A stretch of DNA of 64,000 nt. It comes from Octopus vulgaris. Taxonomy: Eukaryota. Location of the stretch: positions 46,872,001 to 46,936,000 of the forward strand of contig OX597837.1 in NCBI GenBank assembly GCA_951406725.2, written 5' to 3'. The position numbers and the translations under genes are program-made. The notes beneath the pieces are model-generated. The model had not been told where the DNA came from. It made no database searches and saw only the letters and a program-made list of their open reading frames with translations. This document shows, piece after piece, positions 49,330 to 60,883 of this stretch. The number at the start of each line of letters is the position of its first letter. The first letter of the stretch is position 1.

Positions 49330-50180
49330 TTTCGCCAGTTAAATCTAAGAACTACAGTTAGCACTAATCTTAAAGAAATTAATTTTTTAGACATTAACAT
49401 GAACCTTAGCCCAAGCAGATTTCAGCCTTCCCATAAACCAAATGAAGCTATATCCTGACACAGGCTCCGGCCACCTTGCCAATAACATTAGCAAATGTGT
49501 TTCCAACTTATCCTGTGATAAAGCTACTTTTGATAAAGTTGCCACATACTACAATGTCACTTTAGAAAGGTCTAACTTTAAGAGTAACAAATTATATTGA
49601 ACCAAATGTAAATAGACCAAGAAGACACAGGTAGGGGAAAATGTTATGGTACAATCCCCTATGTAATGTGAATGTAACCACTAACATAGCTAGAAAATTC
49701 TTAAAATTAATAAATAATCACTTCCCACACTCACATAAATATGATCTTCAACAGAAATACATTTGAAGTTAGCTAGAGTTGCGTCCCTTATATAGGATCG
49801 ATTCAACCACAAAAAATATTAGAAATGCACTCTCCCGTGCAAAGACTATGTAAATGTAGATCTCTGGATGGCTGTCACCTGAACAACAGGTGCCTGGAGA
49901 AAGAACTGGTGTAGAAGGTCAACATGGATATGAGTGGAGTAACAAAGACGTATTGGAATGATGGGAAACACCTTCAAAGGAAGATAAAAGGCGGCTTATG
50001 GCTTTGTTCAGAGACAAAAACCAAGAACCCTATCCAATATGGTATGGACACTGAAAGAGAAAGGCACGAAGAACCTCTTGATAACCTGGTGCTTCAGGAT
50101 GGGGCAGCAAATGTGAACTTTGAATCACTTAAAAATTAAACATTGTTACATCAAATGTGCATATTTTAAATATTAAGGAT
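49330..50180 (+). mobile_element. Penelope-like element remnant (RT thumb, linker, GIY-YIG endonuclease)
   Basis: NFLDINMNL, NNISKCVSNLSCDKATFDKVATYYN, WYNPLCNVNVTTNIARKFLKLINNHFP, IFNRNT, CKCR...C.LNNRCL, TLSNMVWTLKE; many stops and frameshifts. Confidence 0.85.
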
Positions 50181-50278
50181 GAAACCCTCTCTCCCTGAAT
50201 ACCTAAGCAACAGTTCATGCTCAGAAATTTCAAGCAGGACCCACCACCTCCACCCCTCCACAGCTCCATGAGCTAACA

Positions 50279-52617
50279 AATCAATTGCTGCGTGGAAGGT
50301 GTTTATAAGCCATTTAAGAAACACACGAAAACTGTTAGATTCACTTCAACATTTAAATTTAATTTGTCAAAATATTTTTGTCGCTTTGCAGTACGAAATT
50401 TTGTCAGTGAACAGGTCGCGGTCTCAAGGCGTATATAGACCTAACCACAAATAATCTTAAATATTCATGTCACAAAACGGTTGCCTGACTACCTCAATAA
50501 TCATAGTAGAAAAAATTAAATAGTCAAACAAAAAATCTAGGTTGCTTTAAATTCACACATGCTGGATATTATATTGAAGTTTCTGTCACTATGTTTGTGG
50601 CTGAGTAGGTATATCTTGGGAAGCAATGGCAAGGGTCGCATGAAAGAGATTCTTTCACGACTCCTTCGGGGAAAGGGTTCTCATCTTCCATGTATGTAAT
50701 AGCATGTTTAAATCTCCCTGAGAACCAGGTTCGAGTGGGGAGGATTCAGCCACTTGCATGCTAATTCCAACTGGAAAACTTGTCATAACAAACAGAGTAC
50801 AAGATTTTATGTAGGAGTTAAAAGTGACCCAGAATGTGACAAGGCTGCCCCCCCCCTTTAGAATTACTGGTACAACTAATTTTTGTCAGCTGAGTGGATT
50901 GGGGCAATGTGAAATAAAGGGTCTTGCTCAAGGACACAACATACTGCCAGGAATTGAATTCATGACCTTATGATCATGAGCTGAATATGCTAACCACTGA
51001 GCCATATGGCTTCACAACTCATACACATATACATACATACTTACACACATAAATACACATACATACATACATACATAAATACATATGCACATATATACTA
51101 TACACCCATACACATTCACACACAATCACACACACAAACTCATGCACACAGTATATTCTAAAGGATAGTTCCCAAAAACTAAATTCCACTATTTGCCCTC
51201 TTAATCAACCTGATGCCATCGTAGAGGACACGTGCAAAGATCTCAAATGTGGCTCTTAAAGGTTTTCAGCTTAAAGGTTTTCAGTTTCATTTATAATAAC
51301 CCGAGAAAGGTATGTGTCTTTTATAACCTCATTCACTCAATCCTCTCCTTTATGGACAACAGAATGAATATAAGTAATTCAATATAAGTGTTATGTGAAT
51401 ATTTGGAATTTCATATATCTGGGGCCCAAAAGTAAGTGGGTCATGAAAGGCCCTTTGTGTTTGTGTTGACCTACTTACTTCTTTCCAAAGCAATTAAGTG
51501 TTGCAAATCAGACCAAATGCACCAAAAAGAAGCTTTTTTATATGGTTACTTTACTTGTTAGAAATGGTAACCAAAGCTCTTTAAAATCACATTTTACTGT
51601 GTTTTTTTAAGAATTCATTTGGGTAGATATAATCCAGATTACACTGTGTCTGATAAAAGGTGGAATGTCATGGTTCAGGTCTCTTTGATCACATGTTTGC
51701 TCAATTATGACTAGCTTTGGATTGAAAAAAAAAACAGTACTATAGACAGTAAGCACAGGTGTGGCTGTGTGGAAAGTATTTTGCTTCCTAACCACATGGT
51801 TCCAGGTTCAGTCCCACTGCATGGCACCTTGGGCAAGTGTTTTCTACTATAGCTAGGACTGACCAAAGCCTTGTGATTGGATTTGGACGATGGAAACTGA
51901 TAAAAGCCCAACCCACACACAATGTGCATGTGTGTGTGTGTCCTTATGTCTGTGTTTGTCCCCAACCACCACTTGACAACCGGTGTTGGTGTGTTTACAT
52001 CTTCATAAATTAGTGGCTTGGCAATAAGAGACTGGTAGAATAAGTACTAAGCTTTAAAAAATAAGTCTTGTGGTCAATTTGTTCCACTAAAATACTTCAA
52101 GGTGGTGCTCCAGCATGGCCGCAGTCAAATGACTGAAATCAGTAAAAGATGAAAAATATGGTGACAGCAACAACAATGATAACAAATACAACACTTAACC
52201 AAAATTTAGGCAGAAAGACAGAAAGAGACAAAAAGCGTGAATCTGGCAGACAAAGAATAATCTCCAAGACTTCATAAACAGTTCAGAATGGCAGGAAAGT
52301 TGCGGCAGTTTCTATGAATTCTGTAATTCTTGTGTTTATGACCAAACCATTTATCTGAGCGGGGACTAGAAAACTTTCTTTTTATAAATCATCATCATCA
52401 TCATCATCGTTTAACGTCCGCTTTCCATGCTAGCACAGGTTGGACAGTTTGACCAGGGTCTGGGAAGCCAGAAGGCTGCACCAGGCTCCAGTCTGATCTG
52501 GCAGCATTTCTACAGCTGGATGCCCTTCCTAACGCCAACCACTCTGTGAGTGTAGTGGGTGCTTTTTACGTGCCACCGGCACAGGTGCCAGGTGAGCCGG
52601 GCAACAGCCATGATCGG
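50279..52617 (+). repeat. 2.3-kb segmental duplication, copy 1
   Basis: Collinear and near-identical to 60883-63222, including unique sequence and nested SINE/LINE pieces; scattered substitutions. Confidence 0.95.
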
Positions 52618-53286
52618 GTATAATCCCTGGAACCAAGCTGGACATCCAAAGATACACGAACAAAATGCATAAGGCAGATGCAAAGATGTGTGTGTGTGTG
52701 TGTGTGTATACATGTGTGTATACATGTGTGTGTGTGTGTGTGTGTATACATGTGTGCATTCTGTGGTATAAATGTGTATACATATGTTTATAGGTACAGG
52801 CATAACTGTATGGTAAGAAGCTTGCTGCCCAACCATGTGGTTCCAGGTTCAGTTCCACTGTGTGCCACCTAGGGCAAGTGCCTTCTACTATAGCCTTGGG
52901 CTGAGCAAAGCCTTGTGAGTGGATTTGGTAGATAGAAACTGAAAAGAATCCTGTTGTATATATAAATGTATGTGTTTGTCTCCCCCCTCTCCACCATCGT
53001 TTGACAACTGATGTTGGTGTGTTTACATCCCTGTAACTTAGCAGTTTGGCAAAACAGACTGACTATAAATACTAGGCTTACAAAGAATGAGTCTTGGGGT
53101 CGATTTCAAGTAAGGGTGGTGCTTCAGCATGGCCACAGCCAAATGACTGAAACAAGTAAAATGAAATAAACATTAGCCATGCTGATGATACAAAATTATC
53201 ATCAGGCAATAAAAAACGAAGATGATGTCACAAGCTTACAGTGGGACCAGAATTCAATATACAAGTGAAATAGACAGCATGCAGTT

Positions 53287-55155
53287 TCATCATCATCATC
53301 ATCATCATCATCATCGTTTAACATCCGCTTTCCATGCTGGCATGGGTTGGACGATTTGACTGAGAACTGGTGAGCCAGACTCCAATCTGATCTGGCAGAG
53401 TTTCTACAGCTGGATGCCCTTCCTAATGCCAACCACTCAGAGAGTGTAGTGGGTGCATTTACGTGCCACTGGCATGAGAGCCAGTCAGGCGGTCCTGGCA
53501 ACGGCCATGCTCAAATGGTGTCTTTTATGTGCCACCTGCACAGGAGTCCGGCCAGGGACACTGGCTACAACCTTGCTCAAATATTGCTTTTCATGTGCCA
53601 CCGGCACAGGGGCAAGTAAAGCGATGCTGGTAACGATCACGCTTGAATGGTACATTTTATGTGCTACCGGCACAGGAGCCAGTCAGTGGCCCTGGCAATG
53701 CTCATGCTTGGATGGTGCTCTTAACACTCCACCAGCACGGATGTCAGTCATGTGGTGCTGTCATCAAATTTGATTTCGATTTCCCTTGCCTCAAAAGATC
53801 TTTGCAAGCAGAGTTTTGTGTCCAATGAAGGAAGGTACGCATAAGTGGGCTGGTTACACTCCTGGCATAGGCCACGGGTTATGGTCACACTTGGCTTGCT
53901 GGGTCTTCTCATGCATGGCATATTTCCAAAGGTCCTGGTCACTAGTCATTGCCTCCGTGAGGCCCAATGTTCGAAGGTTGTGCTTCACCACCTCATCCCA
54001 GGTCTTCCTGCGTCTACCTCTTCCACAGGTTCCCTCTACTACAAGGATCTGACACTTTTCCCATAGCTGTCCTCATCCATACACAACACATGACCATACC
54101 AGCACATCTGATTCTTCTTATGTCCAACTTTTCTCTCAGGGCACTTACACTATCGTGTATGCACACTGACATTACACATCCAGTGGAACATACTAGCTGC
54201 ATTCCTAGCAAGCTTACACATGTCCTCAGCAGTCACAGCCCATGTTTCACTGCCATGTAGGATGGCTGTTTGCACATATGCATCATACAGTCTACCTTTT
54301 ACTCTGAGCAAGAGGCCCTTTGTCACCAGCAGAGGTAGGAGCTCTCTGAACTTTGCCCAGGCTATTCTTATTCTAGCAGCTACACTCTCAGAGCATCCAC
54401 TCCTGCTATTGACTTGGTCACCTAGGTAATGGAGGCTATCAACTACTTCTAGTTTTTCTCCCTGGAATGTGGCAGAATGGTTAGCTCTCACTAACCAGTC
54501 ATCTATCCCTAGTTTCCTCATTGACCACCAGATAAGGGATCGAGGGACCCTGTCAAAGGTTTTCTCCATGTCAATGAAAGCCAGGTACAGAAGTTTATCT
54601 TTGGCTAGGTATTTCTCCTGCAGCTGTCTTACCAGAAATATACCATCAGTAGTGCTTTTCCCTGGCACAAACCCAAACTGCAGCTCATCTAAACTCTCTC
54701 TCCTTAATTAGTTGGGCTATGACCCTCTCTGTGGCCTTCATTACCTGATCCAAGTGAACCATCATCCATGCAGACACATTTCTCTCCTACAACATCACGA
54801 TTCTCGCTCACACACTGTCTTGCAACATGAAATACCTCAAGTCTTTGGTCCTCGTGGTGCAGAACATTGGCAAATTTTTTCTTATCTGCTTCTCCTCTGG
54901 CTAAATAAATCTAGCTTCCCTTCTGGAAGTCTGATACATTTCCCTGCTACCACCGTTCTTCCAGTCCTTTCAAGCCTGTTTCTTTTCTCTAAATAGCCTT
55001 GTCAACAACATTGTTCCACCACCACATTACTTTGGGTCGAGAAATAACATGGTGGTGGAACAGATCTGGTCAGTGGCCCTCAGCAGGTTGTGCCGTAGAA
55101 ACCTCCAGTTGTCTTCCACATCATGTGAAGCTATATCTCCTTCTATTTCATCGAA
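53287..55155 (-). mobile_element. RTE/BovB-like LINE, 5'-truncated and internally deleted, with full 3' UTR and (GAT)n tail
   Basis: ORF 54150..54668 reads PGKSTTDGIFLVRQLQEKY...AFIDMEKTFDRVPR...ILHGSETW. The ORF ends near 53890, followed by GTGCC-nnn-GGCAC repeats and the terminus shared by many short copies in the window. Confidence 0.9.
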
Positions 55156-55631
55156 TTAAATAAAATTTGGGAATTTTACAGAGGGTTTAAGTGGTAACAA
55201 AAACAGGACAGTAAGAGCAAAACAGTAAAAACAAACTGTGAGGGCTGTTGAGCCATGACGAGGTGAAGTGGTGAATGCTGGAGAAAGAAGCTGTGACAGG
55301 GGACAGGCAAAAGTAGGTCTCCTGTAAAGCAAGAGGAAAAAAGAACGATAGCTGCTGGTCATGTTCTGTACCCATATATGCATGTATATATACATATATG
55401 TGTGGTATATACATATATGCATGTATATTTGCATATATAATATATATATAATGTTGGCAAATGAAATAGGGATAAGAATGTGCATTGTCCGTTTAATTGG
55501 AAAATTCTATATGTGGCTGAAGATCGCTCAACATTTTAAAACTGATGTAATACTTACAGTGTTTAATAAAATGAAGTAGCATGAAATGATTGTACTACTC
55601 TACCTTGGATATCCTTGTTGCTTATTTTGAT

Positions 55632-55662
<31 letters not shown>

Positions 55663-55831
55663 TTATATATAAATATATATATATATTATTTATACTATTA
55701 TATGATTGAATGCCACGCGTCCCTTTCCAAGTAAATTTTATCTTAATAATTCAGATGCACACCCTACACCCCCTGCCCTCCCTTTTCTGTCAAACCGTCC
55801 AACCCATGCCAGCATGGGAAGTGGATGTTCA

Positions 55832-55867
<36 letters not shown>

Positions 55868-56639
55868 TATGCATGCATAATTCTTTGTCAGCAATATTTC
55901 ATGATTAAAACAATGAAACTAACTTCATTTTTAATCTTTATGATTAGACAACAATAATGACACATCAACTTCTTACTTATCTCTGATAAACCTCACAAAG
56001 CTCTATCTGCTTTTTAATCTTTAATGCAAAGTCACAATTCCTAAAATGAGAGGCTATTGTTCTCTGCAAAGTGTCCAATGTTTGCATTTTGTTGACATTG
56101 CCCTGCTCTGTGCATAACCAATTATGACACTGAAAATAGAACCGTATAGAGTGACTGGGCAGCTCATTGACAAAATGTTTTAAGAATTAGACAGAGGGAA
56201 GGGTCACCATGATCTTCATAAGTCTTCATAAGTCTTCGGAGACTAGTGAGATTGACATGGTTGATGTTTAGATGAAACATCTGCAAACTGATGTCTAGTA
56301 AAAAAGACAGGAACACAAAGTGAGTTCTAGGAGATTCTAGAGAGAGATATTGGGTATAGGGGTATATACATATCATATATATGTAGTGTACACACACATG
56401 CTTGCTTGCTAGCTTCATACTCCTGCTTGATGAGGCTGGTGCCATCCCAGGTTAATGATCCAGAGACATCATCATGCATTGAGCCAACCAGGTCCACCAG
56501 TGTTCTCCATTGCTAATGGCCAGTTCCTCTGAATCTCCAAAAGGATGTTGAACCTCTGGCGATCTTCTTCAATCGTGTCCATGGAGATGAGATTGTGTTA
56601 GTGAAAGATTCCTTTAAGGACATAAGGGTGACAGCTGCC

Positions 56640-57620
56640 AGTTACTTCTGCCTCATGAAGCCCGCTCAACTGGAAGTCTCCATCACTGCAAACCAGCTCC
56701 CTAGCTAGCCCACAGCAAAGTTCCTGCCTACAGTTCATCTGTCATAAATCCTGCCCTATACAGCTCCCCACCAGAACTGTTGACTTTTATTGGAACTGGG
56801 AAGGTGTTTTAATTGTCCTGCCTGTCGTTACTTGGCTCTTTGGTGACCATTCCTTGTCAAGGATTGGTGTGATCTGCCTGGGGCAGCCCGTTTGGTGGTT
56901 GGGCTACCTGAATGGGGCTGTCAGTATCGAGATGGGCTGGTTTCAACCTATCAATGGAAACCGTGTCTGCCCTGATAATGGGCTGATGGACATCGGCGAT
57001 GGTGAAAGCCCATGTTTATTTTTGTGAGCTGATGTTGAGAGAAAGGATGCAGCAACTGTACACCTCAATTGTGGTCCCATTGGTGGCTGTTAAAGGTTTG
57101 CCTCACAGAGATCCCTTGTTGATGCTGGGATGACACTGACCTCTGCTCCTGTGTTGATTAGGAACCTATGTCCAGAGCTCTGATCGCAAACATAGAGAAG
57201 CAGTTGATTGTGTCTGCCAGCCACCAGGGCATTCAGTAGCGCCTGGCCCTGGAGTTTCTCTGGGACAATGATGAAGGGGTCCTAAAGCTCCATAATTGTT
57301 TGCTCTTCGTAGCCTTTTCCCTGAATTTTGTGTGGTAGAAGCACAGGTCGTCTTGCTTAACCCTGCCATGTCTCGGGGCCGACCCTACTGTGTTGATTAT
57401 AAGACCACTAGATAAAAAATGCTCATCGGCTGCTTCCGCTAACTCAATCTCACTCTGAGTTATGAGGGCCTGGACCTGGGGTGGTAACTTGCTGAGGAAT
57501 ATTTCCCTAAACAAAAAAGGAAGGTGACACACCAATGGAGGGAAGGGGGCTGATGTCAACATCTTGTCCATCAACTCCGAAGGCTTAGAATCAAACAAAC
57601 TGACAATCACTCGGATTCAG
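56640..57620 (-). mobile_element. Gypsy LTR retrotransposon remnant (gag plus protease)
   Basis: Gag: DSKPSELMDKML...FLFREIFLSKLP...LAEAAD...CFYHTKF; protease: RFLINTGAEVSVIP (DTGA decayed to NTGA), TIADVHQPII; frameshifted. Confidence 0.8.
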
Positions 57621-58715
57621 TTTCAGGCTTGTCACTTTTGTCCGTTTCTTTCTTTGCAAAACTTTATTCAATCAGAAAACAGGATTTGAAAGAATATATT
57701 GTCAACTGTAAACACTCGGCGAGGTGACAGAGGACACGCCCGCGCGCGACGTATTTATGTATGTAGGTGTGTGTATATTAGATCTCGTATATATCTATGT
57801 ATAATTCGATAGAAATAAATTTAATGCATCAAATTAATGCCGCCCAGAGTGAATACAAATACATAAAACAGAACACACTCGCACATATACACACGGGTAC
57901 AAGCATTATCCCACAACGAAGTTCCTTTCTACAGTTCGTCTGTCATAAATCCTGCCCCACCCACAGACTGGGCGGTGAGCTGGCAGACACGTTAGCACAC
58001 CGGGCGAAATACTTAAGGGTATTTCGCTTGTCGTTACGTTGTGAGTTCAAATTCCGCCGAGGTTGACTTTGTCTTTCATCCTTTCGGGGTCGATAAATTA
58101 AGTACCAGTTACGCACTGGAGTCGATGTAATCGACTTAATACCTATGTCTGTCCTTGTTTGTCCCCTCTATGTTTAGCCCCTTGTGGGTAATAAAGAAAT
58201 AGGTATGTAAATTCAGCCTTAAATGACTAACCCTATCATGGACAAGCATCATGTTCAGGGCAAGTGTTATCACCATGGCCTCTTATAATGGCTTGGAAAC
58301 CAGCTAACTGGCTCTATGAGTCATAAAACTCAAGACAGACCTTATTTAAAGGATCAATGTTCTGCTAGGTAAAGGTCGTAAGGTTTGAGAGAGTGTCAGT
58401 GTCTTCTCATGGCTGTATGAGTACCCCCGGTCTTGCGAGTGACGACCATAGTTGTACTCTTCAAGGCAACAACCAACAAGTAAGATATACGGGTAGAAGA
58501 TCATCAAAAACTGAAAAAAAAAAAGAAAACAGAATAGATAACCTAAATTAGTTGACAAATATTTTCTCTGAGTGGTTTTACCCTCTAACCTCCTTATCTT
58601 CAATGAGGCATCATAAACAGACATATCATACATAACCATACATAAACACCTCTTCATATACAGAACCTCACCATTTTTCCCGCTCGCACTCTCTCTTTTA
58701 CTCATACCGCTACGC

Positions 58716-58752
<37 letters not shown>

Positions 58753-58849
58753 ATCTATAGAAAATGATTGTAAATAAAAAGATATATAAATGTGTGTAGC
58801 TTAATGCTGACCAATAGTGATTGTATTGTTTCTCCTGTATAACTGATTG

Positions 58850-58900
<51 letters not shown>

Positions 58901-58939
58901 TGAACACTAAGAAGAAAAAAAAGAACAAAAAATCCCGTT

Positions 58940-59120
58940 CTTTTTTTATTCAATCATTGACGTAGACAATAAACAAGGAGTGGGGGCGTGATTTGTCGCT
59001 GGAGATCAGCAGAGAAGCCTCCTGATATAGGCGGGTGAGCGACGATATTGTTCAAACATATTTCTGTCTGTCACCGGTAACTCGAGTTCCTTCAGTTAAG
59101 AACATCGCCACCAAGAAATC
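58940..59120 (+). promoter_or_regulatory. Putative promoter/5' UTR of the sulfotransferase
   Basis: Locally CpG-rich; CRE-like TGACGT at 58958, GGGGCGTG Sp/KLF-like box at 58983, Inr-like TCAGTT at 59092, about 25 nt before the ATG. Confidence 0.45.
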
Positions 59121-59364
59121 ATGTCTGCATCGTCGTTGATGTCGTTGTTGGCCAAGTCAACATCATCACCGGAGGATTTGTTAAATAATGATATAATTAA
59201 ACATTTTACCAAAATAGAAGATGAAGAGGGAAATAGCAAGTTTGTTATTTGCCATGATGGAGTCATCTACCCGCCAATTCCTTCACTTTTGGAATGTCTA
59301 CCAAGAATTTCTACATTCAAGAAAAAGTCTGATGATGTTTTCATTTGCGCATATCCTTACAGCG
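59121..59364 (+). CDS. Cytosolic sulfotransferase (SULT1-like), first coding exon; remaining exons not seen in the window
   Basis: ATG-initiated frame ...DGVIYPP...ISTFKKKSDDVFICAYPYSG matches SULT F..R.DDV.I.TYPKSG; donor G|GTAAGT at 59365 falls in phase 1 inside the motif glycine, the usual SULT intron position. Confidence 0.85.
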
Positions 59365-60079
59365 GTAAGTGCGTTTTGATTTCTGTATTTCACGTGCTTG
59401 TGTGTACGTACTACATACATACAAGTGTGTATGTGTGTCAGTTTATGAAAAACTCTATTTTTGCATTCCTTTCAGTACAACTCTTGTATACGTTCATCTA
59501 CTGTATAAACGCGAAACTCTCTGAAAGAGCGCATTCTTGAGAAATGTGACTTGCGAAATCTGCACCCCAAACACAATGTCGTCCGTAAAAAAAAAATTAT
59601 ACTAGAAATAACTCACTTTTAGATCGACAAATTTCCCACTCTCTGTTCATCTCCATCACTCTCTCTCTCTCCCTCTATATATCTGTATATATAAAAGGCA
59701 GGATGTGTGTGTGTGTACGTGAATGTAATTTATGCACGTCCACAAATTAGCACGCATGTCGCTCCAATTTGAGGAGGACATTCGTCATGATACAAGCTGT
59801 GCTTTCGTCAACTTATTTTTACCAGAGTAGCAGTAAAACTAAATTTTCAACCAAAACTTTTAACAATTTCAAGTCGGAGAAATCACCAGTTTGCAAACAG
59901 GAGTTAAGTCCCCTTCTAGCGACGAGTAAGTTTTTGTTAAGACTTTTGTTGCTTTTTTCCATCGAGGAAAAAGTGTTTTGTTGATATACGGGCAACACAC
60001 ACGCGCACACACACAGACGAACATGTATGCGTACAAAAAACATGTATGCAATAGGTGTACGTACGTGTGTGTGTTGCCC

Positions 60080-60113
<34 letters not shown>

Positions 60114-60116
60114 GTA

Positions 60117-60841
60117 AATATAATATGTGACAATTATTCGGTAGCCATGATAAAACTCGGAGTTTCGGATGTTGGGGCGGAAACTGCTAGCCACCATCTC
60201 TTCAATTATCTGGCCATCGAAAAAATGCTATGAAAATGACCATTAAACAAAGGGAAATTACTATGTGATTGACCGTTATTAAGACAAAAGAGCTATTTGA
60301 ATGACCGCTAAGTGAGGGGTGGGAGTAAAGGTAAGGGAGTAAAAATGTTCATAGTATTCACGTAAGCACGCATATCCATAGCTATACATGCACGCCCGCA
60401 CACCCACGTACATGTGCCTATATGTATATACTCATCCACCCACATTTGAAACATACACATGCTCACCCATACATTCGTCAAAAAATATATACATACCCGC
60501 GTACACGCTCGCACACACGTGCGCAAAAAGGTTCATACACACATTTTGCACACGTGTGTGCGTGTGTGTGTGTGTGTGTAGACGTGTGCGGGTATATGCG
60601 TATATAGCCGTGTGTGTGTAAGTGCATACGTGAATGTGCGAATCTAGATGTGTTTTACTCTTATTGCTTATTTTTTACACATTTTTCTGTATTTTGCCAT
60701 TAGCCCTGTTTTTTCTTCTGCATTTTCATAGCATTTTTTTGATGGCCAGATAATTGAAGAGATGGCGGCAGCGGTTTCCGCTCCGACATCCAAAACTCGG
60801 AGTTTTATCATGGCTACCGAAAATTTGTCACATACTATATT
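60117..60841. mobile_element. Non-autonomous DNA transposon with ~120-bp terminal inverted repeats in sulfotransferase intron 1
   Basis: 60117-60238 is the imperfect reverse complement of 60721-60841; the interior is CA/TG-rich. Confidence 0.7.
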
Positions 60842-60846
60842 CAGAG

Positions 60847-60882
<36 letters not shown>

Positions 60883-60883
<1 letters not shown>

